Source: the human T2T-CHM13v2.0 reference genome, Homo sapiens
NCBI RefSeq assembly: GCF_009914755.1
Contig: NC_060926.1
Reading direction: 5' to 3' (one strand)
DNA: 64,000 nt
Each line of letters starts with the position of its first letter. The first letter of the stretch is position 1. This document shows positions 1 to 14,179 of the stretch, piece after piece. The position numbers and the translations under genes were made by a program. The notes beneath the pieces are model-generated. The model worked only from the letters and a program-made list of their open reading frames with translations, was not told the DNA's origin and did not search any database.

Positions 1-394
1 AAAAATTGTGCAGTGACCACCCATAGTGCAATATTATACAATGAGGATCGAACTATGTACCATAGTGTTTGATTTTTGGAGAAGATCCTATTTACACAGT
101 TAAACTCGTTGGCACTGCTCATCTTTGGTTGAGCTCTCTCCCCGTCAGCCTCGCCTCCTGCCTTCCCCATCCCACGTCGTCCATCCGATGGTGTTCTGCC
201 AGGATGGACCCTGTTGGGGTGCTGGCGGAGTCCCAAAGCCTCATCACTTGTGTGCAGGCTCTCTCTGCTGTTTGATGTGGAGAACCCAGACTTGTGTGCT
301 TCTATGGGGAGGATCAGGCTCTGGGGCATGGTCTCACAGGTCTGAGTGCTGAAACCACCATGGTTTTCCACTCTGCAGATCTCAAGTATGGTTG

Positions 395-473
395 CTCTCT
401 CTCTCTCTCTCTGTCTGTCTGTGTCTGTCTATCTCTCTCTGTCTGTCTCTATCTCTCTCTCTCTCTCTTTCTC
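395..473. repeat. (CT)n/(CTGT)n compound microsatellite
   Basis: ctctctct...gtctgtct...ctctctct visible. Confidence 0.9.
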
Positions 474-989
474 TTGCTCCCTCTTTTTCAAGCATCCTGT
501 CTAGTAGGATGTGATAGAACAGTTTGTGCCACCCAGGCAGCCAAGGTCCACCACAGCCATAATTTTCTTCTGCCTCTGGGTTCGCGTATCTTACATGCCC
601 AAATCTGGCCTTCATCACAGAGATCTCTGCCAGGGGCCACCTGCCTGCCTCTCCTGCCAAGCTGCTAGGTAGCCTGGCTCTGGCCTCCATGTCACCCTCA
701 GTGGAGGACTCGTTTGTTGATTCACACATCCAGCTACCCTTTCTTCCACTGTTACCCTAAGCCAGCACTCCACAAACACAACAGAACAAGATGGATCAGG
801 TTATCATCTCTTCAGGGGATCATGCTCTGGGGGTGGGGACAGAGAAGCAATTGGGGTGCAGTGTAATGAGAGCACTCGTGGACATCAGCTCCAGGAAGCA
901 GTGTCTGCCCAGTGCGGGCTGGGCAGGTGCCATCAGGGATGACTTCCCAAAGGCTGTGATACCTGGGATGGAGCTTAGAAGGATGATTA

Positions 990-1300
<311 letters not shown>

Positions 1301-1404
1301 CTGGGGACGGGGCAGGAGTTAGCAGAGTCCCAGCAGGTGAGGCTGGTGGAGAGGACAGCTTCTGACTAGGACGGGGTTGCCTGGGGAGCTGTCTAGCAGA
1401 GCAG

Positions 1405-1585
1405 AAGAGCATGGATCTTGGCATTTGAATCCTGGGTCTCCCACTTCCTACCCTGCCCTGTGACACTGGGCAGGTTCCTGGACCTCTCCATGTCATGGTC
1501 TCCCCGTCTGTCAAATAGGAATAATACAGCCAACCTCAGAGTTTTCAGGAGATCTAAGAGATAATTTCTGTAGAGCACTTACCAT
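1405..1585. mobile_element. MIR fragment
   Basis: ttgaatcctggg...tgtgacactgggcagg...ctgtcaaataggaataata MIR core-like. Confidence 0.65.
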
Positions 1586-2103
1586 ATTATCTTAATAATA
1601 GTAAAATTATTTATTAATAATCTTAATAAATATTAATAAACTATCTTAATAGTTCATTCAACAAATACTGAGCTCCTAGGTGGTAAAGATACCGTAGTGA
1701 CCAAATTCCCTTCCCTCATGGTGTCGCGCTCTTAGAGGTTCAACAGGAATGGATACTGCTGCTGTCGTTGTGTGTGACATATCCCTTAGCCTCCTTGTTG
1801 GTCCGTCCTCTGGCCCTATGTCTTCATGGCTCTTGCCCCTCTTCCTTCTTCACTATCTGACTCAAGATGCTGTCATACCCAGCTCTAGGCTTCTCCTCTT
1901 ACTCCTGACCCAGGCCTTCCAGCCTCACCTGCCTCTCACCCACCTCTCTGTGTCCAGCCTGCGTCACATTCCACATTCACTCTAGGGGAGGAGGGACCTG
2001 TTCCTATCCATTGCAGGGCATTTCCTGTTTACCTCACTTTTCAGGTTTTCCAGGCACTTTACAAGTGTGGCCAACGATCCTTACAAGCCACTTTACAGGG
2101 TAG

Positions 2104-2424
<321 letters not shown>

Positions 2425-4146
2425 AGCCATGTCTGCAACTTTATTCTGTGAGAGAGAGAGGATAAGTGCCCTTGCTGGGCTCACACAGTGGCATCAGAGC
2501 CAGGATTTGACCCTGATCTATTCCATGTCAAACTGGTTCTCTGGAGTCTTTTAAAAATTACCCTTAAATAATGGAGAATAGGTGGTAACGATATTTGAAA
2601 GCATTGTTCTTAGACCATGGCTCAGTGCTTGGCTCAGCAAGGCTTCCAGCTCCCAGTTGTGCCCATGTGGGTGGACATACCTGTCATATCTTCAGAAGAT
2701 GGGGGAATGAATTGGACATCACAGCCCTCCTGGGCAGAGAAATTTTAAGCTTCCAAAAATGACTCCTCGACAAGCTTGTCAATCACAGGAATTGTCTGGA
2801 CACTGACTTTCTAAGAAGTGGGCAAAATGTCAGTTTTTAAGCTATCCTAGAGTCTTTAGAGTCTTAGACAGCTCAAGGATTCTACTGGTCATCTGGGCAG
2901 ATTCTGTGTTGGCCAGACCCAATGGCTAATACTTCATAGGGCCACAGAAAAGTTAAGATCAAGGATGATGCCTGAGCTCTGAGAACTTGTCTGGGTGTCA
3001 CAGGACAGAGGATGTTGGACACTGATAGAATTTCATGAAAGCCTTTTGAGGTTCCACCAAGTGCCCACCTACCCTGCATACTCAGGCACACAAACAGTCC
3101 CTGCACGTTGAGGCTTTGTCAGTCGAGTTTAGGTTGTCTTCGTCTCTCTTAGGAAAGTGGAGAGTACATTGGAGTCTCCAGGAATTGGGGCAACATGGAC
3201 CGCCCTGGCCTCTCTTACTTTTTATGTTATTCTTCTCTCCAGAAGGAGAGGTTCTTTTTCCTTGCATAGTATTCTAAAAGTCAGAACCTTGGTCATGTGA
3301 AAGGGCCGGTTTTCTCTGTCAGGCCTTCACCTGGTCAGGCGTTTTGTACAGGCTAACAAAGGCTATTGTTACGGGGTCGCCTGGGAGTCACCTAGAGGAT
3401 GCTGAAGTAATTCGCACTAAAACAGTTTCAATTTTATGTTAAACAGATTATATTCCTCTTTTTTACAAATGTGAAGTTTAATAGGCCAGCTTAATTCAGA
3501 TTTGCCTGCATGCTTCAATTGGCCTAAAGAAAAGAATAAAACAGGGTGATTTCATTGTCACCTTCTGGCATAGGGTCTGATTCTGTTGAGAAGAATGTCC
3601 CTTATCCTGTTCGTGAGACCTGAAAATCGCTCTGATTAATATGCGCGGCACGAACAGTGTTAGCGGTGTTGTCACATGATTTCACCACTTACTTTGTGCA
3701 GGGCTTTTTTTCTCCCCCAAATCAATAGACGTATTTCTTGGTTGTGCAGTTGAGTCTCCTGACAGGTTTATTTTTAGTCTTTCACAGAGACGCTGTACAG
3801 GTGAGCAGTATTTCTCCACATTCCTTCCACAGCATTGTTCTCAGCAACGTTGAAAGCTGGATTTGCTCTAAATTTTGGTGCCGATGTTCCGCCCTTCTGA
3901 GAAAATGTGGAAGCTGGGACCATCCTCATCCCATGAATGCGTGTGTGCCCTAGTTTATCCAGAGGCTCAAGTGCTGTGTGAACTTTCTGTGGAAATGAGT
4001 TCATTTCTCCCCTCCTGGGCTCTGCTTGTTTCAGGGTTGGTTGTCAGTTCAGTAATGGAGAGTGCCTCCGCATGTTACTGATTGCTCACGTGGAGTTTTT
4101 TGGTTTTTCTTTTTTGGCAGAGTTTAAAAAGTCAGTGCTAGACACT

Positions 4147-4797
4147 CATGTGCATGGGTTGGAAGACTTATTGTGAAGATAACAGTACTCCCCTAATTGA
4201 TCTACACATTCAGTGCAGTCCCCATCAGAAATCCCAGCTGCCTTTGTGCAGAAATTGACAAGCTGATCCTGAAGTTCATGTGGAAACGCAAAGGACCCAG
4301 AATCGTCAAAACAATCCTGAAAAAGAAGAACAAAGTTGGAGGATTCACATTTCCTGATTTCTGAACTTACCACAAAGCTGTAATAATCAAGACAGTGTGG
4401 TACTGGCATAAGGAGAGACATATAGACCAATGAAATAGAGCTGAGAGTCCAGAAATAAATCCTTACATTTAGAGATGATTTATTTTTAACAAGGGTGCCA
4501 AGGCAATGGAGAAGGAGTAGTCTTTTCAACAAATTGTGCTGGGGCAGCTGGATAGCCACAAGCAAAGAAGGAACTTGGTCCCTTACCTCACACCATAATC
4601 ACAATTAATTCAAAATGAGTCAAAGAGCTAAATGAGAGCTGAGACTATAAACCTCTTGGAAGAGATTTATAAGTATAAATCTTCATGACCTTGGATTAGG
4701 CAATAGTTTCTTAGATAGCACCCTTACAGTACAAGTGACAAATGAAACAGTAGGTAAATGGGACTTCATTAAAATTAAAAAGTTCTGTGCTTCAGAA
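4147..4797 (+). mobile_element. Old L1 (L1M/L1MB-type) ORF2 3' fragment
   Basis: gaaattgacaagctgatcct..aaagttggaggattcaca..gacagtgtggtactggcata..ggattaggcaatagtttcttaga typical L1 ORF2 motifs. Confidence 0.88.
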
Positions 4798-5422
4798 TCT
4801 TTTTTCAAACTCAGAAATCCAAGAGGCTGCCTGTGCCTTGGGATGCAGTCGAAACTCTGACTCCAGCCCGTCTTGTCCACCCCTGGGCCTTACTGCCTCA
4901 GATGCAGTATTTGTCTAGCTTCCCTGGGTGCTGACCACGTGACCGTGACCTCCCTGTGTCTTCTGTGTACTATCCACTTTGCCTTGAAGATCCTACCCTG
5001 ATTCTGTGCCAGTTCTTGCCTTCATGTTTAAAACTCGCTTTTTCCTGTGCTTTTCTCCCTTTGACTCTTCAGTTCCTGAGTGCTCTTGTTCTCAGCTTCC
5101 ATCACACTGATTTTCCTGCGTTAGTTCTTTCATCGTTTGGGGATGTGCTTCGTTCTCCAAGGATGGTGAGCTGCTCAGTGGCAATGATGAGAGTGGCCCT
5201 AGACTCTGAGGATGTTCTGTGGGGAAAGAAGATGGTGTAATGGAAGGAGCCTCAGAGTGGAAGGCAGGATTCCATTCCACTCTCTGCTCTTGCTTTAAGG
5301 AGCTCTGCACCTGGAGCAAACCACTTATTTTCATTGTGTCCCTGTTTCTCCCATTATGGAATGAACTGGATAGGCGTTCTCATTAAACACCTACGAGCAG
5401 CCCTCGGCCCTTTCCTGGTTGA

Positions 5423-5850
<428 letters not shown>

Positions 5851-6631
5851 TGATATCATTTGTTAAACACCAGTTGAGCCACCTGTTGGATGCCAGACAC
5901 TGGACTTGGGCCCTGGGTGTTCATTGCTAGTCCTCGCTTACCCTAAGAAGCTGATAGGCTGGAATTTCCCAACTGTGGTAGATTCAATCAGATTCTCAGC
6001 TGACCATGTGGATGGTTTACCTATGATTAAGCTCCCTTGGTCAGGGTCAGACCCCCCTTACTCAAGATTGGTGGAGGGAGGAAGTGAAGATTTTTGCAAT
6101 ACTTGTTGATGTTCACATGTGTGATCCTATTGAGTCCTTACTGTTTATTGGCCTTACTGGGTATTCTTTTCTTATTGCCCAAGAAGGGAACTGAGGCTGA
6201 GAGCTTATGTGATGGTTCTGTAGTAAGGGACAGAAAGCTGGTTTTGTCGTTTTGCTTGGAAACCCCTGCCTTTCCACTCACTGCATCACCTCCCTCCTCG
6301 AGGGCTACTGTGGCCGTAGTGGGAGCCTCATGTCATTGTCAGGGGGTTAAGGCTCGTAATGAAATAAAACCTGGAAACTTCCAGGGCTCATTCCTTCAGC
6401 CAGTTTGGGAATATTGGTTTCCTGACATTTCCTTCTCCAGCCTGATAGATGGCATTTATCAGTTCCTAGAGCAGAATCTGATGTCCCTTTTTTGCTGTGT
6501 TGAGAAAGGGAAATTTTTCCAATTTTTGTTGTTGTTAAAAAACACATTAGGCATAAGTTTCCTTTGTGTACTGCTTTTCTAAAAATTAGGACCTGGACAA
6601 GATTAAAAACACACTCTTCACCATTTTTTAG

Positions 6632-6735
6632 GACTCCCAAATTCGTCAGAGCACAGCTTATAGCTTACATCAGCCTCAGGGAAACAAGGAACATGGGACC
6701 GAGCGGAACGGCAGCCTCTACAAGAAGAGTGACGG
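6632..6735 (+). CDS. ASAP2: ASAP2 exon ~10 (BAR-PH linker, start of PH)
   Basis: tttttag|GACTCC...GACGG|gtacgt; 104 nt; DSQIRQSTAYSLHQPQGNKEHGTERNGSLYKKSD(G). Confidence 0.96.
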
Positions 6736-6830
6736 GTACGTGAGGGGGTGTGGCTAGAGTTTAAATGTACGTTCGTTATCTTGTGTCCAAAATGTCTAAA
6801 CTCTTATTGTTTCTCCCACTTATCCACAAG

Positions 6831-6900
6831 GATCCGAAAAGTGTGGCAGAAAAGGAAATGTTCAGTTAAAAATGGTTTTCTGACCATATCCCATGGTACC
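6831..6900 (+). CDS. ASAP2: ASAP2 exon ~11 (PH)
   Basis: cacaag|GATCCG...GGTACC|gtaagt; 70 nt; IRKVWQKRKCSVKNGFLTISHGT. Confidence 0.96.
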
Positions 6901-8244
6901 GTAAGTATTCTCTTTTAATCCATGGTGTCTGCTGTATTAGGTGAGGTTGGTGTTGGAGGACTTTCTGAAGTTAGAGGGCAGGAGTTGTTCTCCGTGTGTG
7001 ATGGTATTAAGGATGTGTCTTAGAGAATTTCCCTGTCAGAAACGCTTGCTGGCCTCCGTCTTGATTTGGTGCACCTGCAGCCTGTTTATGTTTTTTTTTT
7101 TTAATTTTAATTTTTATTTTTATTTTTTATTTTAGCCAGATGGAGTCTTGTCCTTGTTATCTTCCACTCCCTAGCAGAGTCAGGAGTAACTGATAAGCCA
7201 GGTTGTCTTTATTTAGAAGCCTGTGACTCCAGAAAGCACAGAACAGCAAACTGCTCCCCCAGCTCTCTTTGTCTCTGGAAATCAAACATCTCACTTAGGA
7301 AGATTTCTACTTTTCCATTAAGAGAAAAAAATGGGCAGGACTCTGGGGACCAGAAATCCATGAGAAAAGACATCTCAGTAATTTTATTATTGAAATCTTA
7401 ACATATGGTGCCCAACTTTAAGGCCTCTTTCCATCATCCTGTTTATCAGAGTCTATGCAAGAAAAAACGGAGCCCTCTATGTTGAGCTTATGAAAAGCCG
7501 GTCAGGATAAAGTTCCTTACCAATCTAGCTTTCAGAGGCCAGGAACTTGGATCACAGACACAGCCCTGCACACCACACTGTTCTTTCCATGGCAGCGTTA
7601 TACATACTATTGCCTCACCTGGCATGACTAGAGCTGGTGATAACCACATGGGCTGGTAGACAGCTTTGGTAACATCTCAAGGCCGAGGTCGTTGCCTTTT
7701 TGTTGCTAGAGAGATGCTGAGGGTTGTTTGCATTCCCATTCCCCAAGCAGAGGCCTAGTAGTGCATGCAATCCAGCAGCCTTGGGCGTGTGAGTGGATGA
7801 TGGTAACCGTCTTTCCTGCCCCTTGTCCCTCCAGTCCCTGGTGAAGGCAGAGCTGGGCAGGAGCTCAGAGGGGCTTTTCTGGCCCCTATAGAAATGTCAT
7901 CACTCAACATGGGGTCCAGAGAAACGGCCCTGAGGTTCATAAGGGAATAGAGTAAAACCCCAGCCGAAGCATGTCACAGCAGCAAGGATTGTGTTCCTCT
8001 GGGGGTGCCTTTGTTTTTGCCAACTTCGATTTAGAAAGGGAGAGAGGAGCTAGAATAGTATATACCCAGTGGAGGGATTCTCGGTGACCTCTGGTCTAGG
8101 GGTTTGAATGTGTCTCTGAACTTGGAAATGAAGGTCATTTTCTATTTTCAAAACCCAGCTTTCACTGGTCATGTGATCACCACCGTACTCCCCCTGCCCC
8201 CGCGACCCCAGGGCCATGCAGTATGGATCTTAATGGGACATTAT

Positions 8245-8550
8245 GGGCAGGTGCAGTGGCTCAAGCCTGTAATCCTAGCGCTTAGGGAGGCCGAGGCGGG
8301 CAGATCAGCTGAGGTCAGGTTCGAGGCCAGCCTGGCCAACATGGCAAAAATCCTGTCTTTACTAAAAATGCAAAAATTAGCCAGGCATGGTGGTGCATGC
8401 CTGTATCCCAGCAACTTGGGAGGAGAGAATTGCTTGAGGCAGGAGAATTGCTTAAACGCAGGAGGCAGAGTTTGTGGTGAGCCGATATCACGCCACTGCA
8501 CTCCAGCCTGGGAGACAGAGCAAGACTCCATCTCAAAAAAAAAAAAAAAA
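8245..8550 (+). mobile_element. Alu (S-like)
   Basis: Alu dimer with polyA; small internal duplication of gagaattgctt. Confidence 0.92.
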
Positions 8551-10206
8551 GACATTCTTTCCATGCGTGGATGTGAGGGTATGAGTTCTGTAGACCAAGG
8601 GAAGCAAATTTATCCAGCTATCACTGTCTTTAATATTAGGAATGTTAGATTAGATGAGACTAGGCACCCTTCTAAATACCTTCCAGATCTCAACACCTGT
8701 GGTTCTGTGGTTTGCTTTCGAATTGGTGTCCACTCGCTGTTTGTTTGAACTCCGATTGACTGCCTCAGTGCAGAAACTGTCATACAACTAAGTTCTAGTT
8801 CATGCTTTTACAGCTCTGAAGTCAAGGGGCATATTTGCTTCATTGAGAGTTCCCCTAGATCCAGGCCTCAGCTTAAGCCAGTGAGTGGCTCTTTCCATGG
8901 CAGCTGGAAAACAGGTCTGGTAATCCTTTGCTGACAGCATAAACTTCACTTCGAGTCACTTCCATAGCTTGAGCTTCCTCTCAAAAGATGTGGAGGCTTA
9001 GTTGTCTTTAAATTTGGATGGGTTGCCCCAGTTTTTGGTAGATAGTACGGTTATAACCGGCATTACTGGGATGCTGAGAACTCAGCTTGTCACACAGCGT
9101 GTGCATATTTAATAGGTGCTTTGTGTTTGGAGGGGAAAACCCTCTCCAGGGAATCTCCACTTCCAGAGGTCTCCTCCTGCCTTTAGCAGCCATCGCCGCC
9201 TACATCCTGCAGGGGTGGCAGGTGGGGCTGTCTTGATTCACTTCCTCGCTGCCATGCAGAAAAATAAAGTAGTTTTCCAGCCCTCCGTTCAGTGGCTGAG
9301 TGTTCCTTTTCTCACCTTTTCCCTATTTCCCTGCGTGCTCTGGAAGTCAGAATCCAGAGGACCCCTCTGTATGACTGCGTCTACAGAGAGGTTGCATGTG
9401 GGGAAGTGAGTTCACCCATACCAAGAAAGAGAATTGAGAGATGCCCTTTTGGTTTGGTTTGGTTTTGACTTGATTTCTTGTGCAGCTCACCTGTTTGGCC
9501 AGCAGCTCCTGAGTGTGCTCGTTTACAGTCAGGAAAAAAGGGCACATTTCCAAAGACTTGATTAAGTGGAAGTCTAAGAGCAGAGCCTGGCACATAGCTG
9601 CGAAGTAGGTCTTTAAGAAATGGAAGCACACAGGGTGTATTTACACTGGTAGGAAAACCCTTCCCAGGAAGCTGGCAGCCTCTGGGAAATGAAGTTGTTG
9701 TATTCTGATTGGAGCAGAGGATTGAGGATAACATCCGGGAGATTCGTTCAAAGCCCGAGTTGAATTTCCTTCTTAGCCAAGTCTGTTTTCTGGCCCTAGG
9801 AAGAAGTGATCCTTGAGACAAAATAACTCTAATTAGATATCCTCTTTGCCAGATTCGCAGGATTGCCACACCACTGAGGGCTGGGGACTGTGTTACACTG
9901 GAAGGAATGTCCACTGGCTCTTACACAATCTAAAATTTTAAAAAATGATCAGTCATGAAGAAAGAAGAAAACAGCTTCCTTCTAAAAGCCTGACAAATCG
10001 GGAAAAAATAGAACGGCACGATTAGAATGGAGAATCACTGATAATCTCTGCCTGCATGGCAAACTCTAAAGCTGTTGCATCTTTTTTTTACCATTCCTTC
10101 CCAAGTTTTCTACTAAACTAGGGCTTCTCAAATTAAATTCTCAAGAAAATACTGGTATTTTGTGAATTAGATGAAACCGTTCTATATCTCAATTAACTGA
10201 TGACAC

Positions 10207-10521
10207 TTTTTTGTTTGTTTGTTTGTTTGTTTGTTTGTTTTTTTCTTTTTGAGACGGAGTCTCGCTGTGTTGCCCAGGCTGGATGGCTCACTGTGACCTC
10301 TGCCTCCTGGGTTCAAGCAGTTCTCCTGCCTCAGCCTCCCAAGTAGCTGGGACTGCAGGTGCATGCCACCATGCCCAGCTAATTTTTGTATTTTTAGTAG
10401 AGACTAAAAATCTCTACTAAATCAGCCAGGTCAGGCTGATCTGGAACTCCTGATCTCAGGTGATCTACCTGCCTCAGCCTCCCAAAGTGCTGGGATTACA
10501 GGCGTGAGCTACTGCGCCCAG
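10207..10521 (-). mobile_element. Alu (S-like, internally rearranged)
   Basis: (TTTG)n tail, antisense Alu body. Confidence 0.9.
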
Positions 10522-11039
10522 GTGACACTGTATTTTTCCAAATTGCAACAGGGAAGGATTTTAATGGATAGAATTTTCTCCCATAAATTTTTCTAATAGC
10601 TTTACTGTTTGCTAATACTTAATCTGTGTACTTAATATTTAACCTGAATAGCAAACAGTTATTAATGTAAAACAGAACTGCTGGTGATATTGCTTAAGAT
10701 CAACTTGTGTGTTTTGTGGACCCATTCTTATGGTTGTCATTTTTTAATATGTAGGCACATTTATGTCTTCATAAATTATTCCTACTTCAAACAAAGGTGC
10801 TGAATATTTTTCTCTATTTTGTGGTATGCTGCGAAGTGAGAAATCTATCTTTGATAGTAGTTAAGAACGAACACCTTTCCCCGTATCACAGGGAAAAAGG
10901 AAGACTGCAAGGTGGAGGTGGGGAGGGAGAATGAGTTGTAGTAATTTAAGTTGTGGTTCTTTGCTGCTCTTAAAGATAAGTCCAGGCAAGCGACCGCCTT
11001 CCATGGATACCCACGTCGAGGACAGGGAGGGTGGCAGTT

Positions 11040-11270
11040 GAGCCCCGAGCCCTGGAGCCAGCCTGACTTGTTGGAATCCTAGCTTCCCCGCTCCCTAGCT
11101 GTATAACCTCAACCAGATTATTTGGTCTGTCCGGGCCAGTGTCTTTAGCTACAAAATTGGTGTAGTTCCTACCTCAAAGGGCAGTTAGGAAAATTAAATG
11201 AATTATTTCATGAAAAATGTTTAGAACAGTGCCTGCCTTGTATAGGTATATAATAAAAATAGCTGAGTAA
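11040..11270. mobile_element. MIR
   Basis: cctggagccagcctgac..aatcctagct..ctagctgtataacct..cctacctcaaagggcagttagga..ttagaacagtgcctg. Confidence 0.7.
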
Positions 11271-12906
11271 ATGTAGCTATTGTTATTCAAAGTCATTATT
11301 TTGTCCATGAAGGTGCTTCTGTATTTATCAAAGCACACAAACCTTAGATATAGGAGTTATTCCTATATCTAAGACCCCACAATTTGGAAGTAGCCCTAAA
11401 ATTTGCACATGTACAGTTGTGTCATCACAGGGAGGTAACAGAATAGACACAGGCTACGTATGGGTGGGTGTACACCCGTGTTAAAGTACTTGGTTGCATA
11501 CATGTTTTGTAACCATGTTTCTAGAAATAGATCATTTGCTGTATTGGTTCCTGGATAAGTTAGGTAATCCGATTGGTAACAATCCACGATCAGTGGTGCT
11601 TTCACTTGAAAGTGTCCAGATTTACAAGATTAGGCAGAGCTTGGTATCTTCTAATACTGATTTCTGACGATCCAGGAATTCTCTGAGATATCTACAGATT
11701 ATGGAGAATATCTGACTAACCTGTAGAGGAAAAGACCAACACAGCCACGAACCAGGAGAGTCTAGTACAACCCTGTTTATCTGACTTTATCTGACTTTCA
11801 CTAGTCCAAACTTACATTTATTAACCCAAATCCTTCACGCTGCAAGGATGGGTTCAACTCTCCCACCCTAACTCTGTAGACTTACTGGAAGGAAGCTGCT
11901 GGGCCTGTAAGTGCTTGAGGGTTTCACAGGTCTGTCCAGGTGTAGATGCATATGTGTATGTATCTGGATTAATCCCAAATTCAGGTTTTTTTCATCTTGA
12001 AGTGACCGGTGGCCAAGGGAAGTGGGGCCCAAGAACGATGGAAGTTTAAGACATTCTTATTTGATCTTTCCTTTAGCAGCTTGGTAGGTGGGTAAGATAA
12101 GCCCACTCCCATTTGGATATTCCTCCAAGATTTCTAAGAGGTATTCTGCTGTTCGAAATTTTTGTTTCTGAAATTATCTTCTTACCCTCAGTCCTTTGCT
12201 TTCTTGGACTAAGTATGATCTTTTTTTTGAAACTGTAATAAAATAGCCATTTTTCATACACCTCTGATGAAAGTATGTTGTGATCGCTTGGTGTCGTGTG
12301 TGGGGGAGAGGGTTTGGGGGTTACAGATGTGAATGAAGTATGTTTTGTTGAAACTTAAGTGACAGTGATGGTTGGCATTTAGGAATGTGAGTCTGTTATC
12401 TGTCACCACTTCAAACAGTAGGAAAATAATTTCTCTGCCATTTTTGTACTGTGAAATTACCTTCACTGGAAGTGAGGTTTATGCTAAGAAAAAACGCTTT
12501 TAAGATCACCAGAAATTGAGCTGGGTGCCCAAGTTACCTGGCAAATCAACTGTGTTGTCGGTAGGAATCAGAACTGAATGTTTTGGGCTTAGCCATGCAA
12601 TATCTTGATCTGAAGGCACCCACTGCCAGCAGCCTCAAAGCTGGCATCGCTTGTCCTCTTGTCCAGGTGGGTTTGTGTAGACCACCAAGGTGCCCTTGCA
12701 GGGAGGCAGTTGCCCTCTGTGGAGATGAAGTTCAAAGGCCTCTGTAACTTGTCCCAGTCAAGCCTTCCTCTGTCAAGTCTGAAGGCCACCTTTGCAAACT
12801 AGTGAAGAGCTTGCTGTTGCTGTATCTCGTGAGGATTGATACTGTATGATTTTCCATTCCTTCCACCCAACCCCAACCTTTTTTGTTGTTTTTTGCTTTT
12901 AAACAG

Positions 12907-12994
12907 GCTAACCGGCCTCCTGCAAAGCTCAACCTGCTAACCTGCCAGGTGAAGACCAACCCTGAGGAGAAGAAGTGCTTTGACCTTATTTCAC
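12907..12994 (+). CDS. ASAP2: ASAP2 exon ~12 (PH)
   Basis: aaacag|GCTAAC...TTCAC|gtaagg; 88 nt; ANRPPAKLNLLTCQVKTNPEEKKCFDLIS. Confidence 0.96.
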
Positions 12995-14179
12995 GTAAGG
13001 CTCCCTCTGAGATGCCGCGCCATAGAGACGTTGTCTTATGCTCTCCTCTGGGGCGTCCTTCACATTTCAAACACTGCATTCGGAAGAATTGGTTTTTGAA
13101 GAGACATACCCTTTTTCTAGTGATATGCGTGCTTTGTGTTCCATTAGTAACTGCTGGCTTGCCAGCCTTTCTAGTTGAGAGTTTGACTTTGAGGGCTGGC
13201 CCTGCTCCTTGGGGGCACTGTAGTCCTGAGACATTACCTGGCTCTCTGAGCCTCAGCATTCCTGTTCCTAAATAGGGAGATCCTACAAGAGAAGCCCACA
13301 AGCCTAAAACTCCTTCACTTGAAAAAGAGAGAAGGAGGACAATTCTGTTTTCAAGAACTTACATAATTTGGGTGATGTTAGAAATGCTAAAATGAGGGTC
13401 TTCAACAGGTCCCTTGAAACTTCAGTGTTTGAAATTGTTTTTCTTCCTCACCACAGGAATAGTCTTTCTGCTTCTCTGTGCTTTTCCTTTTTGTGGCGTT
13501 CACAAAAGAATCCCCACAGAACCATCCATTGTGGTGAATGTTTACTCAGCACCCCTTAAATTAAAGGGCCCATGATGTCTAAAAGAAAATAAGATAAACC
13601 TTTTTTCCTAGGTAGTTCTGTGTGGCAGGGTTAGAGTCCAGGGGAAGAAAGGGCCAGTCTCCCCTTTGAAGAGGCAGTCACTAGGGATTTGGGTGCAAGA
13701 GTTACATTTGCAGAGGACCACGCCGGACTGTGTACTGTAGGAAGGCGGTGCTGTTCTCTGTGCCTCAGTACCCCTGAGTGGGAGATGGCTACCTTTTCAA
13801 ATGTCAGTTGACCTGTATTATTGAGGGCTAGGAAGTCACTTGTTATGTGATTCAGCGCTCCCAGCAAACTGCGGGTAATTATCACTCCACCTCACCCACA
13901 ATGGCTTGCTCTTATCCTCCCTGTTCCCCTTCTCATACCCTCTGTGTGAATCTCTGGGGAGGGTTGAGCACTGTGATATGTGCAGAGGGTTCCAGTACCA
14001 TTTATTCTGTTCTTCAGACTCTAGACTGATTTGTAAAATAAAATGGACTTTATCCTGTGTCAAACACCCATCCTGACTCAGTCTAGTAAGGTCCACAGAT
14101 TCTCATCAAAGCTTGCCTTTCATTCATACAAGATGTTATAAAATGCTGAGTACTGGCCAGAGTTTAAAATGTGATTGCA

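Noticed and set aside
4146-4565. 139-aa minus-strand ORF
   Set aside because: Antisense of a decayed L1 ORF2 fragment
8104-8748. 214-aa ORF and the many ORFs with LECSG/PASAS/WDYR motifs
   Set aside because: Alu-derived translations
9300-9411. Possible cryptic exon ending at GAA|GTGAGT (9405)
   Set aside because: Acceptor choice is ambiguous and there is no supporting feature beyond chance-level motifs
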